Positions 19,680-29,229 are shown, counted from the first letter of the whole stretch. The stretch: DNA of 63,743 nt, filler included, from Caldilineae bacterium (GCA_037446815.1; 7 parts of 5 records of this genome joined end to end with filler, not necessarily neighbours in it), one strand, 5' to 3'. Translations and numbers: made by a program. The notes: generated by a model not told the origin, from the sequence alone.

Positions 19680-22600
19680 ATGGCTGACGCTACGATTGAC
19701 AGAGGTTCCAATGCCATACTCGTTGTGGGGGCCGGCCTGAGCGGGATGCAATCCGCGCTCTTGCTGGCCCAGCGCGGCCACGCGGTGTACCTGCTGGACG
19801 AGGCCCCGGGCATCGGCGGCTCGCTGCACCTGCTGGACCGCACCTTCCCCACGGACTCGTGCGGCCTGTGCATCAGTTCGCCCACCAATGCCACCTACTG
19901 CCCGTCCATTGAGTGCAGCCTGCACCCGAACATCACACCCCTGCCCCTGGCCGAGTTGCTGCACTTGGACGGCGAGCCGGGCCAATTCCGCGCGCAAATC
20001 CGCCGCAACCCTCGTTATGTCAACACCGAGCGGTGCAACCTGTGCGGCGACTGCGCGGACGTGTGCCCTGCCGTGCGTCCCCACCCATACGAAGGCGACC
20101 TGGCACCCCAAAAGGCCATCTACGCGCCCCCGCCCCGCGCCGTGCCGAACGCCTACGTGATTGACATGAACGCATGCATCCGCTGCGGGAAATGCGTGGA
20201 GGTCTGCCCGACCCAGGCCATCAACCTGGACGAGCAACCCACCGAGCAGGCCCTGCACGTGGGAGCGGTCATCCTCTCCCCTGGCTATTCGCCCTTTGAC
20301 GCGCGGCGCAAAGGCGAGTTCGGTTTCGGCGTGCTCAGCAACGTCGTTACCAGCCTCCAGTTTGAGCGCATGGTCAGCCCCCCTGGCTCTACCAAGGGCA
20401 AACTGGTTCGGCCATCGGACGGCAGGACCCCCAAGCGCATCGCCTTCATCCAGTGCGTCGGCTCCCGCGATCAGACGGTTGGCCGCGAATACTGCTCGTC
20501 CATCTGCTGCATGTACACGGCGAAACAGGCGCGGGCGGCGCTGGAATCCCAGCCCGACGCCGACATCACCGTGTTTACCATGGACATCCGAACCTTCGGA
20601 AAGGGGTACGAACGCTACTGGGACAGCGTGGCGCAAGAAGGAATCCGTTTTCGCCGAGCCATGGTGTCCAAAGCCAAGCAGCATCCCCAGACCGGCGACG
20701 TTGCGCTGAATTATGTCAACGAGCGCGGCCAGCCGCAAGAAGAGGAGTTTGACCTCGTCGTGCTGGCCGTCGGGCTTCAGCCGACCGAGTCTGCACGCGA
20801 ACTGGCCGCGCGATTGGGCGTTGCTGTGGACGCCTACGGCTTCGGCGACGCCGGCGAGTTCGCGCCCGTCGCCACCAACCGGCCGGGCGTGTTCATCGCG
20901 GGCTGCTACGGCGAGCCCAAGGACATCCCGGATACGGTCGCCGAGGCCGCCGCAGCCGCCGCCCAGGCCGCCCAACTCGCGCCACGCCCGCCATCGCAGC
21001 CGCAGGGTGCCTCGCCGGTCAGCGCCCCCGACGCCGAACCGGCCATCGGCGTGTACATCTGCACCTGCCACCGCACGCTTCAGGGCGCGCTAGACATCGC
21101 CGAACTGGAACGCTATGCGGCGTCGCTTCCGCACGTTGTGGCGGTGGGCGTCGCCGACGATTGCTGCTCCGCCGAGGGCAGCGGGCGCCTGAGCGAGTGG
21201 ATCAAGGCCCAAGGCGTCAACCGAGCGGTTGTTGCGGCCTGCTCCCCGCGCCTGTGCCAGGCTGAATTGGCAAGCGCCATCGCCAACGCCGGCCTGCCCG
21301 ATGCGCTGCTCCAGCGGGCCAACATCCGCGAAGGCTGCGCCTGGGCACACCGCGATTCCCCGGCGCAGGCGACGGCAAAGGCCAAGGATTTGATCGCGAT
21401 GGCCACCATGCGCGCGGTTCACGCCAGGCCGGTCGGTCCCCAGAAGACCGCCGTGGAAGAAGGCGTGCTCGTCATCGGCGGCGGGGTGGCGGGGATGACC
21501 GCGGCGCTCACCCTGGCAGACCTAGGACATCCCGTAACGCTCGTAGAGCGGGACAACAGGCTCGGCGGCCAGTTGCACAATGTGGGCTTCACAGCGGAGA
21601 CGCCCAACCCCGCCCAGCAAGCAGAAGCGCTCGCGCAGCGGGTGCAAACCCATGAGCGCATCGCCCTGCATCTGGGCGCGAGCCTGGATTCGTTCAGCGG
21701 CACCGGTGGGCGCTTCCAGGCCGAACTCCGAAACGCAGAGGGCGAGCGCGTCTCCGTCACGGTTGGAGCCGTCATTGTGGCAACCGGCGGCCGCGAGGCA
21801 ACGGTGTCCGACCACCGGTACGGCGAGGACAGCCGCGTCCTGCTCCAGGGCGATTTGTCGCGTGCCCTGGCCGGGGGGCATCAGACCCTCGCCCAGTCGC
21901 CGTTCGGCGGCGCGCGGACCGTGGTCATGATCCAGTGCGCCGGCTCGCGGGACGAGAACCGCCCCTACTGCTCGCGCATCTGCTGCACGCAGGCCGTCAA
22001 GAACGCTATCCGCCTCAAGGAACTCAAGCCCGACGCGGACGTATTCATCCTATACCGCGACATTCGCACCTTTGGGATGCACGAACTCCTGTACCGCAAG
22101 GCCCGCGACATGGGCGTGGTCTTCATCCGTTACCAACTGCCCGACAAACCGGTGGTAGAGGCCTTGGACAGCGGGCTGCGAGTCGCCGTAACCGACGCGA
22201 CGCTGAACGCGCCGCTTGTGCTTGAGGCCGACGCGGTCGTGTTGAGCACGGGCATCGTGCCCAACGACAACGCGGAGTTGGCGCGGCTCCTCGGCGTGCC
22301 GCTGGACAGCGACGGATTCTTTCAGGAGCAGCACCCCAAGATGCGCCCGCTGAACTTCATGAAGCCCGGCCTGTATCTGTGCGGGCTGGCGCACGGGCCG
22401 CACTTCATCTCCGAGACGATTGAGCAGGCGCAGGGTGTGGCCATGCGGGCGGCTGCCTATTTGAGCGAGCGGCAGCGCACGGCCAAGACAACCCGCGTGG
22501 ACGTGAACAAGCGCCTGTGCAGTTTCTGCGGGTTGTGCGTCTCGGCCTGTCCCTATGGCGCGCGCGTCATGGACTACGACGAGCGCGTGGCCCGCGTGCT

Positions 22601-22724
22601 GACCGACCTGTGCCAGGGATGCGGCATCTGCGCCGTAACCTGCCCGAACAAGGCGACTCAACAGTACACCTTTGAGCACAAGGCCGTGCTCGCCGAAGTT
22701 GACGCAGGCGTCTTGGGGATGTAA
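19680..22724 (+). CDS. hdrA: Large tandem (fused double) HdrA-like flavoprotein
   Basis: Two GxGxxG FAD domains; TFPTDSC; inserted ferredoxin in first half; GVYICTC and C-terminal ferredoxin in second half. Confidence 0.88.
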   Translation: MADATIDRGSNAILVVGAGLSGMQSALLLAQRGHAVYLLDEAPGIGGSLHLLDRTFPTDSCGLCISSPTNATYCPSIECSLHPNITPLPLAELLHLDGEPGQFRAQIRRNPRYVNTERCNLCGDCADVCPAVRPHPYEGDLAPQKAIYAPPPRAVPNAYVIDMNACIRCGKCVEVCPTQAINLDEQPTEQALHVGAVILSPGYSPFDARRKGEFGFGVLSNVVTSLQFERMVSPPGSTKGKLVRPSDGRTPKRIAFIQCVGSRDQTVGREYCSSICCMYTAKQARAALESQPDADITVFTMDIRTFGKGYERYWDSVAQEGIRFRRAMVSKAKQHPQTGDVALNYVNERGQPQEEEFDLVVLAVGLQPTESARELAARLGVAVDAYGFGDAGEFAPVATNRPGVFIAGCYGEPKDIPDTVAEAAAAAAQAAQLAPRPPSQPQGASPVSAPDAEPAIGVYICTCHRTLQGALDIAELERYAASLPHVVAVGVADDCCSAEGSGRLSEWIKAQGVNRAVVAACSPRLCQAELASAIANAGLPDALLQRANIREGCAWAHRDSPAQATAKAKDLIAMATMRAVHARPVGPQKTAVEEGVLVIGGGVAGMTAALTLADLGHPVTLVERDNRLGGQLHNVGFTAETPNPAQQAEALAQRVQTHERIALHLGASLDSFSGTGGRFQAELRNAEGERVSVTVGAVIVATGGREATVSDHRYGEDSRVLLQGDLSRALAGGHQTLAQSPFGGARTVVMIQCAGSRDENRPYCSRICCTQAVKNAIRLKELKPDADVFILYRDIRTFGMHELLYRKARDMGVVFIRYQLPDKPVVEALDSGLRVAVTDATLNAPLVLEADAVVLSTGIVPNDNAELARLLGVPLDSDGFFQEQHPKMRPLNFMKPGLYLCGLAHGPHFISETIEQAQGVAMRAAAYLSERQRTAKTTRVDVNKRLCSFCGLCVSACPYGARVMDYDERVARVLTDLCQGCGICAVTCPNKATQQYTFEHKAVLAEVDAGVLGM

Positions 22725-22784
22725 TCTTGGAGTGTGCGGTTCGTATCGGACAACAGAAGTACATGAGTCAAGGAGGTTAGAGCC

Positions 22785-23447
22785 ATGTTAGTCGGAGAGC
22801 GGATGAGCCATCACCCGGTTACTACGGGGCCCGAGATGCCCATCAACGAAGCCCTCAAACTGATGCGCGAGCGAAAGGTGCGCCGACTGCCGGTCGTGGA
22901 CAAGCGCGGACGTCTCATCGGCATCGTGTCGGAGAAAGACCTGCTCTACGCGTCGCCGTCGCCCGCAACCACCCTGAGCGTGTGGGAACTGAACTACCTG
23001 ATTTCGCAAATCACCGTGGCCGACGTGATGACGAAAGAAGTCATCACCGTAACCGAGTTCACGCCTCTGGAAGAGGCCGCGCGCATCATGGCTGACAACA
23101 AGATCGGCGGTCTCCCTGTGGTGCGCGATGGCCGCCTCATCGGCATCATCACCGAGACCGACATCTTCAAGACGTTTATTGAGATGCTCGGCGCGCGAGA
23201 GGGCGGCATCCGCGTCACGATGGTGGTCCCCGAACAGCCGGGCATGCTTGCCGCCATCACCGGCGAGGTCGCCAAACTGGGCGGCAACATCGTCAGCCTG
23301 GGCACCTTCTTGGGCGAGGACGCCTCCAGCCGCACCGTAACCATGAAGGTTGCGGAGGTGAGCAAGGAGAAACTGCAGCGGGCCATGGAGGCGCTTGGGA
23401 TGACCGTCGTGGACATCCGCGAGGTTCAGGCCGCGCCCCAAGCCTAG
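22785..23447 (+). CDS. CBS-pair + ACT domain protein (AcuB-like)
   Basis: Two CBS repeats (RRLPVVD..LIGIVS; GGLPVV..LIGIITETD) and a C-terminal ACT (EQPGMLAAIT). Confidence 0.85.
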   Translation: MLVGERMSHHPVTTGPEMPINEALKLMRERKVRRLPVVDKRGRLIGIVSEKDLLYASPSPATTLSVWELNYLISQITVADVMTKEVITVTEFTPLEEAARIMADNKIGGLPVVRDGRLIGIITETDIFKTFIEMLGAREGGIRVTMVVPEQPGMLAAITGEVAKLGGNIVSLGTFLGEDASSRTVTMKVAEVSKEKLQRAMEALGMTVVDIREVQAAPQA

Positions 23448-23510
23448 TGCAGGACACACGGCGCTCTAGGTCGCAGCAGCAAGCCCGTATTCTCAACGTC
23501 GGAGAAACGA

Positions 23511-23939
23511 ATGGCCGAAACCGAATTTGAACCCAGGATCATCGCGTTCCTGTGTAACTGGTGCACGTACACCGGCGCGGACCTTGCCGGCACGTCCAGA
23601 ATCCAGTACCCGCCCAACATCCGCGTCATTCGCCTGATGTGCAGCGGGGCGCTGGACCCCGTCTACGTGAGCAAGGCGCTGCTGGAGGGCGCGGACGGCG
23701 TCCTCATCGGCGGATGCCACCCGGGCGACTGCCACTACCAGACCGGCAACTACAAGGCCCGTCGCAGGGTCGCCATCCTGAAGAGCATCCTCAAGCAGTT
23801 GGGCTTTGACGAGGACCGAGTTTGGCTGCGTTGGATCAGCGCCAGCGAGGGCCGCCTGTTTGCGGATACGGTAACCGAGATGGTCGCCGCCCTCAAGGCC
23901 AAAGGCCCCAATCCGCTCAAGGGCGCGTGGGACATCTGA
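23511..23939 (+). CDS. mvhD: MvhD [2Fe-2S] adaptor subunit
   Basis: FLCNWC, RLMCSG, GCHPGDCHY, WISASEG. Confidence 0.92.
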   Translation: MAETEFEPRIIAFLCNWCTYTGADLAGTSRIQYPPNIRVIRLMCSGALDPVYVSKALLEGADGVLIGGCHPGDCHYQTGNYKARRRVAILKSILKQLGFDEDRVWLRWISASEGRLFADTVTEMVAALKAKGPNPLKGAWDI

Positions 23940-23966
23940 TAACCGGAAGGGAGGACATCGCGGCAC

Positions 23967-25079
23967 ATGATGCATAGCGTTTTGAAGACCGACGGAGCCC
24001 CTTCAGGGACGATCCACGCGCTGCTGCGCAGGCTCCTGGAGGAGGGCGTGGTGGACGCGCTGCTGGTCCCGCTGCGCGTAGCGTCCGGCGACAACACCGT
24101 GCAGACCCTGGTGCGGGACGCGCATCGCCTCGCGGCCCTGGATGTGTTCGCGCCCGTCATGCCCGTAACGACGGCGCGCCTGGTGTCGGCCATCACCATG
24201 ACCGGCATCAAGGAGCGGGTCGGCGTCGTGATGCGCGACTGCGAGATTCGGGCGGTGGTGGAACTGGTCAAACTCCAGCAGGCCAAGGCCGACAACCTGC
24301 TCATCATCGGCGTGGACTGTCCGGGCACTTACGAGGTACCGGACTACGCCGACCTCATGCGCAGCGGCTTGGACGCGGCGGGTGAACTGCTGGCCCAGGC
24401 CGCCGCGGGAAGCCCGCAGCCCCACGCGGGCAAGGCGTTCCGCACCGCCTGCCAGATGTGCGAGAAGTTCACGCCAAGCCACGGCGACCTCCGCATCCAC
24501 CTCTTTGGCGACGACCCGAAGGAGCGCATCCACGTGGAGGCCGCCGACGAACTGGCCGAGAAACTGCGGCTGGAAGCCGGCCCGCCCGCCCAAGCCCGCG
24601 AGAAGGTCGTGGCCGAGATGACCCGGCAGCGCGCCGAAACGCGAGACCGGCTTTTCGCGTCCTTCCGCGAGCGCGTCAAGGACATCCAGGGATTGCAGGC
24701 GTACCTATCCACCTGCATCCGCTGCCACAACTGCATGGTCAATTGCCCCATCTGTTATTGTAAGGAATGCATCTTCCGCACGCCCATCTTTGACCACGAG
24801 TCCGAGAAATATCAGCAGTGGGCGGCGCGGAAGGGCGCGGTGCGGCTCCCGACGGACACGCTGCTGTTCCACATCACGCGGCTGAACCACATGGTAACGT
24901 CCTGCGTTGGGTGCGGCATGTGTGACAGCGCCTGCCCCAGCCACCTGCCCATCGCCACCATGTTCCGCGCCGTCGGGCAGGAGGTCCAGGCGCTGTTTGG
25001 CTACGTGCCCGGGCGAAGCCTGGACGAGCCGCCGCCCGTGGCCACATTCCGCGAAGACGAGTTGGAGGGTATTCAGTGA
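23967..25079 (+). CDS. FdhB/FrhB-like Fe-S subunit
   Basis: RDCE, GVDCPG, ACQMC, CIRCHNCMVNCPICYCKEC, CVGCGMCDSACP. Confidence 0.8.
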   Translation: MMHSVLKTDGAPSGTIHALLRRLLEEGVVDALLVPLRVASGDNTVQTLVRDAHRLAALDVFAPVMPVTTARLVSAITMTGIKERVGVVMRDCEIRAVVELVKLQQAKADNLLIIGVDCPGTYEVPDYADLMRSGLDAAGELLAQAAAGSPQPHAGKAFRTACQMCEKFTPSHGDLRIHLFGDDPKERIHVEAADELAEKLRLEAGPPAQAREKVVAEMTRQRAETRDRLFASFRERVKDIQGLQAYLSTCIRCHNCMVNCPICYCKECIFRTPIFDHESEKYQQWAARKGAVRLPTDTLLFHITRLNHMVTSCVGCGMCDSACPSHLPIATMFRAVGQEVQALFGYVPGRSLDEPPPVATFREDELEGIQ

Positions 25080-25762
25080 TGGCCGAACAAGAACTGATTC
25101 CCATCTACATCATGAACAAGCAGTACCTCGTCCCGCCGACGCTCACCATCATGAAGGCCCTTGAATACGCCGGCTACAAACTCATCCGAGGCGTCGGCTG
25201 CCGCGCCGGGTTCTGCGGCGCATGCGCCACCGTCTACCGGACCGCGGACGACTATCGGCTCAAGATCGGCCTGGCCTGCGCCACCATGGTGGAGCCGGAG
25301 ATGTACCTGGCGCAAATCCCGTTCTTCCCCGCGCCCCGCGCGCAGTACCACCTGGAAGAACTCAAGCCGGACATGAGCGCGCTTCTCAAGACGTACCCCG
25401 AGGTGCTCCGCTGCCTGTCCTGCGGCACGTGCACCAAGGTCTGCCCCCAGGACATAGACGTGCGCGACTACATGGCCGAGGCGATGAAGGGCAACATCGC
25501 GGCGGTCGCCGACAAGTCGTTTGACTGCATCATGTGCGGGTTGTGCGCCGCGCGGTGCCCCGCCGAGGAGAAGCAGTACCAAATCGCCATCCTCTGCCGC
25601 CGCATCTACGGGAAGTACATCGCGCCGCGCGCCGAGCATCTCCACAAGCGGGTGCAAGAAATCATGGACGGCAAGCACGACGCCGAACTGATTCGCATGA
25701 AGACAATGTCCAAGGACGAACTCAAGAAAGCATACTACGAACGCGACATAGAACCCGAATAA
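25079..25762 (+). CDS. SdhB/FrdB-like Fe-S subunit ([2Fe-2S] + 2x[4Fe-4S])
   Basis: GCRAGFCGAC...LAC; CLSCGTCTKVCP; CIMCGLCAARCP. Confidence 0.8.
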   Translation: MAEQELIPIYIMNKQYLVPPTLTIMKALEYAGYKLIRGVGCRAGFCGACATVYRTADDYRLKIGLACATMVEPEMYLAQIPFFPAPRAQYHLEELKPDMSALLKTYPEVLRCLSCGTCTKVCPQDIDVRDYMAEAMKGNIAAVADKSFDCIMCGLCAARCPAEEKQYQIAILCRRIYGKYIAPRAEHLHKRVQEIMDGKHDAELIRMKTMSKDELKKAYYERDIEPE

Positions 25763-25831
25763 GGATCTCACCGCACAAACCGTAAAGACCACACAGAGCG
25801 GTGAACAAAGCATTCTCACGCGGAGGGAATC

Positions 25832-27445
25832 ATGGGTTATCCGCAGTACATGCGAGACTCCATAGCAAAGGTAGAAGCGACCCGCCCGCGGCGGCTTCAG
25901 GAAACTTTCCCGATGCTGACCGCGCAGGAGAAGCAGGCCCTGCTGGAGAAGTTCCACCCCGACTACATCCGCGAGGCCATGCGCGAACTGCGCGTCGGCC
26001 CCAACAAGGGCACCCGCACCCCGCATGAACTCGCCGACCTCCTGGAGGCCCGGCCCATCCTGGACCCGGCGGCGGTGAACCTGGACAACGTGGACTACGA
26101 GACCGACGTGCTCATCATCGGCGCGGGCGGCGCGGGGTCCGCGGCAGCCATCAAGGCGCGCGAGGCCGGCGCCAAGGTCATCATCGCCACCAAATTGCGC
26201 CATGGCGACGCCAACACCATGATGGCCCAGGGTGGCATCCAGGCGGCGGACAAGGAAAACGATTCGCCCGCCATCCACTACCTGGACGTGATGGGCGGCG
26301 GCGGCTTCACCAACGACCCCGACCTGGTGGAAGCCCTCGTCAAAGACGCGCCGCTTGTCATCCAGTGGCTGGACAGCCTCGGCTGCATGTTTGACAAGCA
26401 CCCCGACGGGACCATGGTTACCATTCACGGCGGCGGCACGTCGCGCAAGCGCATGCACTCGGCCCGCGACTACTCGGGCGCGGAAATCATGCGCACCCTC
26501 CGCGATGAGGTGCGCTCCTGGCCCGACGACATCCAGGTGATAGAGTTCGCGCCCGCCGTGGAACTCCTGATGGACGTCAACGGGCGTGTCGCCGGCGCGG
26601 TGCTCATGAACCTGGAGACCAACGAATACCTTGTCGTCAAGGCCAAGTGCACCATCATCGCCACCGGCGGCAGCGGGCGCCTCCACTACCAGAACTATCC
26701 CACCACGAACCACTACGGCGCCACCGGCGACGGCCTCGTCATGGCCTATCGGGTCGGCGCGCGCCTGGCGTTCATTGACACCATGCAGTACCACCCCACC
26801 GGCGCGGCCTTCCCCGAGCAAATCGTGGGCCTCCTGGTTACCGAGAAGGTCCGCGGCCTCGGCGCCCAGGTGGTCAACATAGACGGCGAGCAGTTCGTCT
26901 TCCCGCGCGAGACCCGCGACGCCGAATCCGCCGCCATCATCCGCGAGTGCGTGGAGCGCGGCAAGGGCGTTACCACCCCCTCGGGCATCCAGGGCGTGTG
27001 GCTGGATTCGCCCATGATTGAAATCATCCACGGCCCGGGCACCGTGCAGAAGGAACTCCCCGCCATGGTGCGCCAGTTCGGACGCTTCGGCGTGGACATC
27101 ACCAAGGAGCCGATGCTGGTCTATCCCACCCTGCACTACCAGAACGGCGGCATCGCCATCAAGCCCGACTGCACCACCGACATCCCCGGCCTGTACGTGG
27201 CGGGCGAGGCGTCGGGCGGCGTCCACGGCCGCAACCGCCTCATGGGCAACTCCCTGCTGGATGTGTGCGTCTTCGGGCGGCGGGCCGGCATCACCGTCGG
27301 CCAGCACTTCCGCGAGGTTCAGGTGGGCAAGTTGACCCTGAGCCACCTGGAGCGATGGGAGAAGGAGTTGAAGGACGCCGGCCTAGACCCCAAGGTCCGC
27401 GCCCCCATCCTTCTGCCCGACTACACGCGCAAGAAAGGCGCGTAG
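25832..27445 (+). CDS. Fumarate reductase/succinate dehydrogenase-family flavoprotein (TfrA-like, soluble)
   Basis: GAGGAG, AQGG, QYHPT, TEKVRG, TRD, LHYQNGG, HGRNRLMGNSL. Confidence 0.85.
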   Translation: MGYPQYMRDSIAKVEATRPRRLQETFPMLTAQEKQALLEKFHPDYIREAMRELRVGPNKGTRTPHELADLLEARPILDPAAVNLDNVDYETDVLIIGAGGAGSAAAIKAREAGAKVIIATKLRHGDANTMMAQGGIQAADKENDSPAIHYLDVMGGGGFTNDPDLVEALVKDAPLVIQWLDSLGCMFDKHPDGTMVTIHGGGTSRKRMHSARDYSGAEIMRTLRDEVRSWPDDIQVIEFAPAVELLMDVNGRVAGAVLMNLETNEYLVVKAKCTIIATGGSGRLHYQNYPTTNHYGATGDGLVMAYRVGARLAFIDTMQYHPTGAAFPEQIVGLLVTEKVRGLGAQVVNIDGEQFVFPRETRDAESAAIIRECVERGKGVTTPSGIQGVWLDSPMIEIIHGPGTVQKELPAMVRQFGRFGVDITKEPMLVYPTLHYQNGGIAIKPDCTTDIPGLYVAGEASGGVHGRNRLMGNSLLDVCVFGRRAGITVGQHFREVQVGKLTLSHLERWEKELKDAGLDPKVRAPILLPDYTRKKGA

Positions 27446-27466
27446 GCGCTTCACGACGCTACCCCC

Positions 27467-27503
27467 ACGGCCCCCCGACATATGCGCGGGGGGCCGTTCT
27501 TTT
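27467..27503 (+). terminator. Intrinsic terminator closing the operon
   Basis: acggccccccg-N9-cggggggccgt followed by tctttt. Confidence 0.75.
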
Positions 27504-27526
27504 CGCCCTCCCCCGCCGCGGGGCAA

Positions 27527-27679
27527 GGTTCGGTTCCATCCTGCGTTGGTCTGTCCACGCGCCGCCCCTCCAATCCCCTGTCATGCTGAGCCGAAGGCGA
27601 AGCATCTCGGCCAGCGGGACTCTTCGCGCCATCGCCGATCAGAACGATAGCGGGCGCCAGCGGACTTTAGAACCGAATC
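27527..27679 (+). mobile_element. MITE type B (degenerate)
   Basis: ggttcggttccatc...gtcatgctgagccgaaggcgaagcatct...ctttagaaccgaatc. Confidence 0.75.
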
Positions 27680-27694
27680 TGGATCAAAAAACCC

Positions 27695-27724
27695 TTGACC
27701 GCCCGTCGCAAGGCGTGGTATAAT
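27695..27724 (+). promoter_or_regulatory. sigma70 promoter TTGACC-N18-TATAAT (extended -10)
   Basis: Upstream of the TA pair; 15 nt after the MITE end. Confidence 0.65.
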
Positions 27725-27807
27725 GTGAGCCAGAAGGACAGCCGGCGCGCATGGCCCGGCGCGACATCGGCGTGCCATGTGCATCTCAATAACCGCCGTG
27801 GGGCTAG

Positions 27808-28089
<282 letters not shown>

Positions 28090-28097
28090 AAAACGCG

Positions 28098-28451
28098 ATG
28101 GATTTCAAGATTGACGAGAATCTTCCAGTTGAGACAGCCGACTTGCTGCGCCAGGTTGGCTATGATGCCATCACCGTAGTTGAGCAGCACCTGGAAGGCG
28201 CCTCTGATTCCGATGTCATTCCTGCATGCCAAGAGGAGGGGCGTGCTCTGATCACCCTGGACACGGATTTCGCTGATATTCTCGCATATCCACCTGCGCA
28301 ATTCCCTGGCTTGATAGTCCTGCGTTTGCGCAGCCAGGATAAACCCCACATTCTTGAGGTTCTCGCGCGTCTGACACCACTGCTTTCCAGTGAACCGCTC
28401 GAGCACCGTCTGTGGATTGTTGAGGAGACCCGTGTAAGGATTAGAGACTAG
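28098..28451 (+). CDS. DUF5615 PIN-like toxin (VapC45-type)
   Basis: FKIDENLP...D..V..LITLDTDF; follows DUF433. Confidence 0.88.
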   Translation: MDFKIDENLPVETADLLRQVGYDAITVVEQHLEGASDSDVIPACQEEGRALITLDTDFADILAYPPAQFPGLIVLRLRSQDKPHILEVLARLTPLLSSEPLEHRLWIVEETRVRIRD

Positions 28452-28571
28452 CCCATATGACAAGCGGTTGGNNNNNNNNNNNNNNNNNNNNNNNNNNNNN
28501 NNNNNNNNNNNNNNNTTAATTAATTAANNNNNNNNNNNNNNNNNNNNNNNNNNNNNNNNNNNNNNNNNNNN

Positions 28572-29222
28572 CGCCCGTACTACGGCGGCATTGCCCCGAC
28601 TTCGCCAAGCGCGCCCCCCATCTGTCATGGCGAGCGAAGCGATGCAATCTCGCGGGGCGGTAACCGCAAGTAACGCGAATCCACACGAATAGGTTGGAGT
28701 GAGGGTCGTGCTCCCTCGCCCGCCGGGAGAGGGCTGGGATGAGGGGCTACGTGCGACGCGCCTCCGAATTGCATCGCGCGTAGTCTCATCTCCCGCGCCG
28801 CGCACGATGGCACGGGACGCCAACGTGCTCTGAAACCCAATCGGCGGCGGGACTCGGTTCCATCTTGTGTTGGGCTGTCCCGCGCACCGCTTCCCGGCCC
28901 TGTCATGTTGAGCCGAAGGCGATACGCCCTCGCCCGCCGGGAGAGGGCTGGGGTGAGGGGCTACGTGCGACGCACCTCCGAGGTGCGTCGCACGTGGTCT
29001 CATTTCCCGCGCCGCGCACGATGACAGGAGACGCCAGCGTGCTCTGAAACCGAATCGGCGGCGGGATTCGGTTCCAAAGTCTGTTGGTAGCCGTCATTGC
29101 GAGGGCACGCAGTGCCCGAAGCAATCTCCGGGGCGTGGGATTGCTTCGCTTCGCTCGCAATGACACACGGGCAGAGTGTGCCTGCGGTTCACCAACACAA
29201 CATGAAACCGAATCGGCGGCGG
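28572..29222. mobile_element. Tandem MITE array: partial unit to 28842, unit 28851-29056, unit 29065-29214, each followed by GGCGGCGG
   Basis: Shared TIRs; identical 8-mer at 28843, 29057 and 29215. Confidence 0.82.
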
Positions 29223-29229
29223 GTTTGAC

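Noticed and set aside
13809..25079. Selenocysteine recoding in HdrA/MvhD
   Set aside because: The usual Sec positions are Cys codons and the ORFs are uninterrupted.
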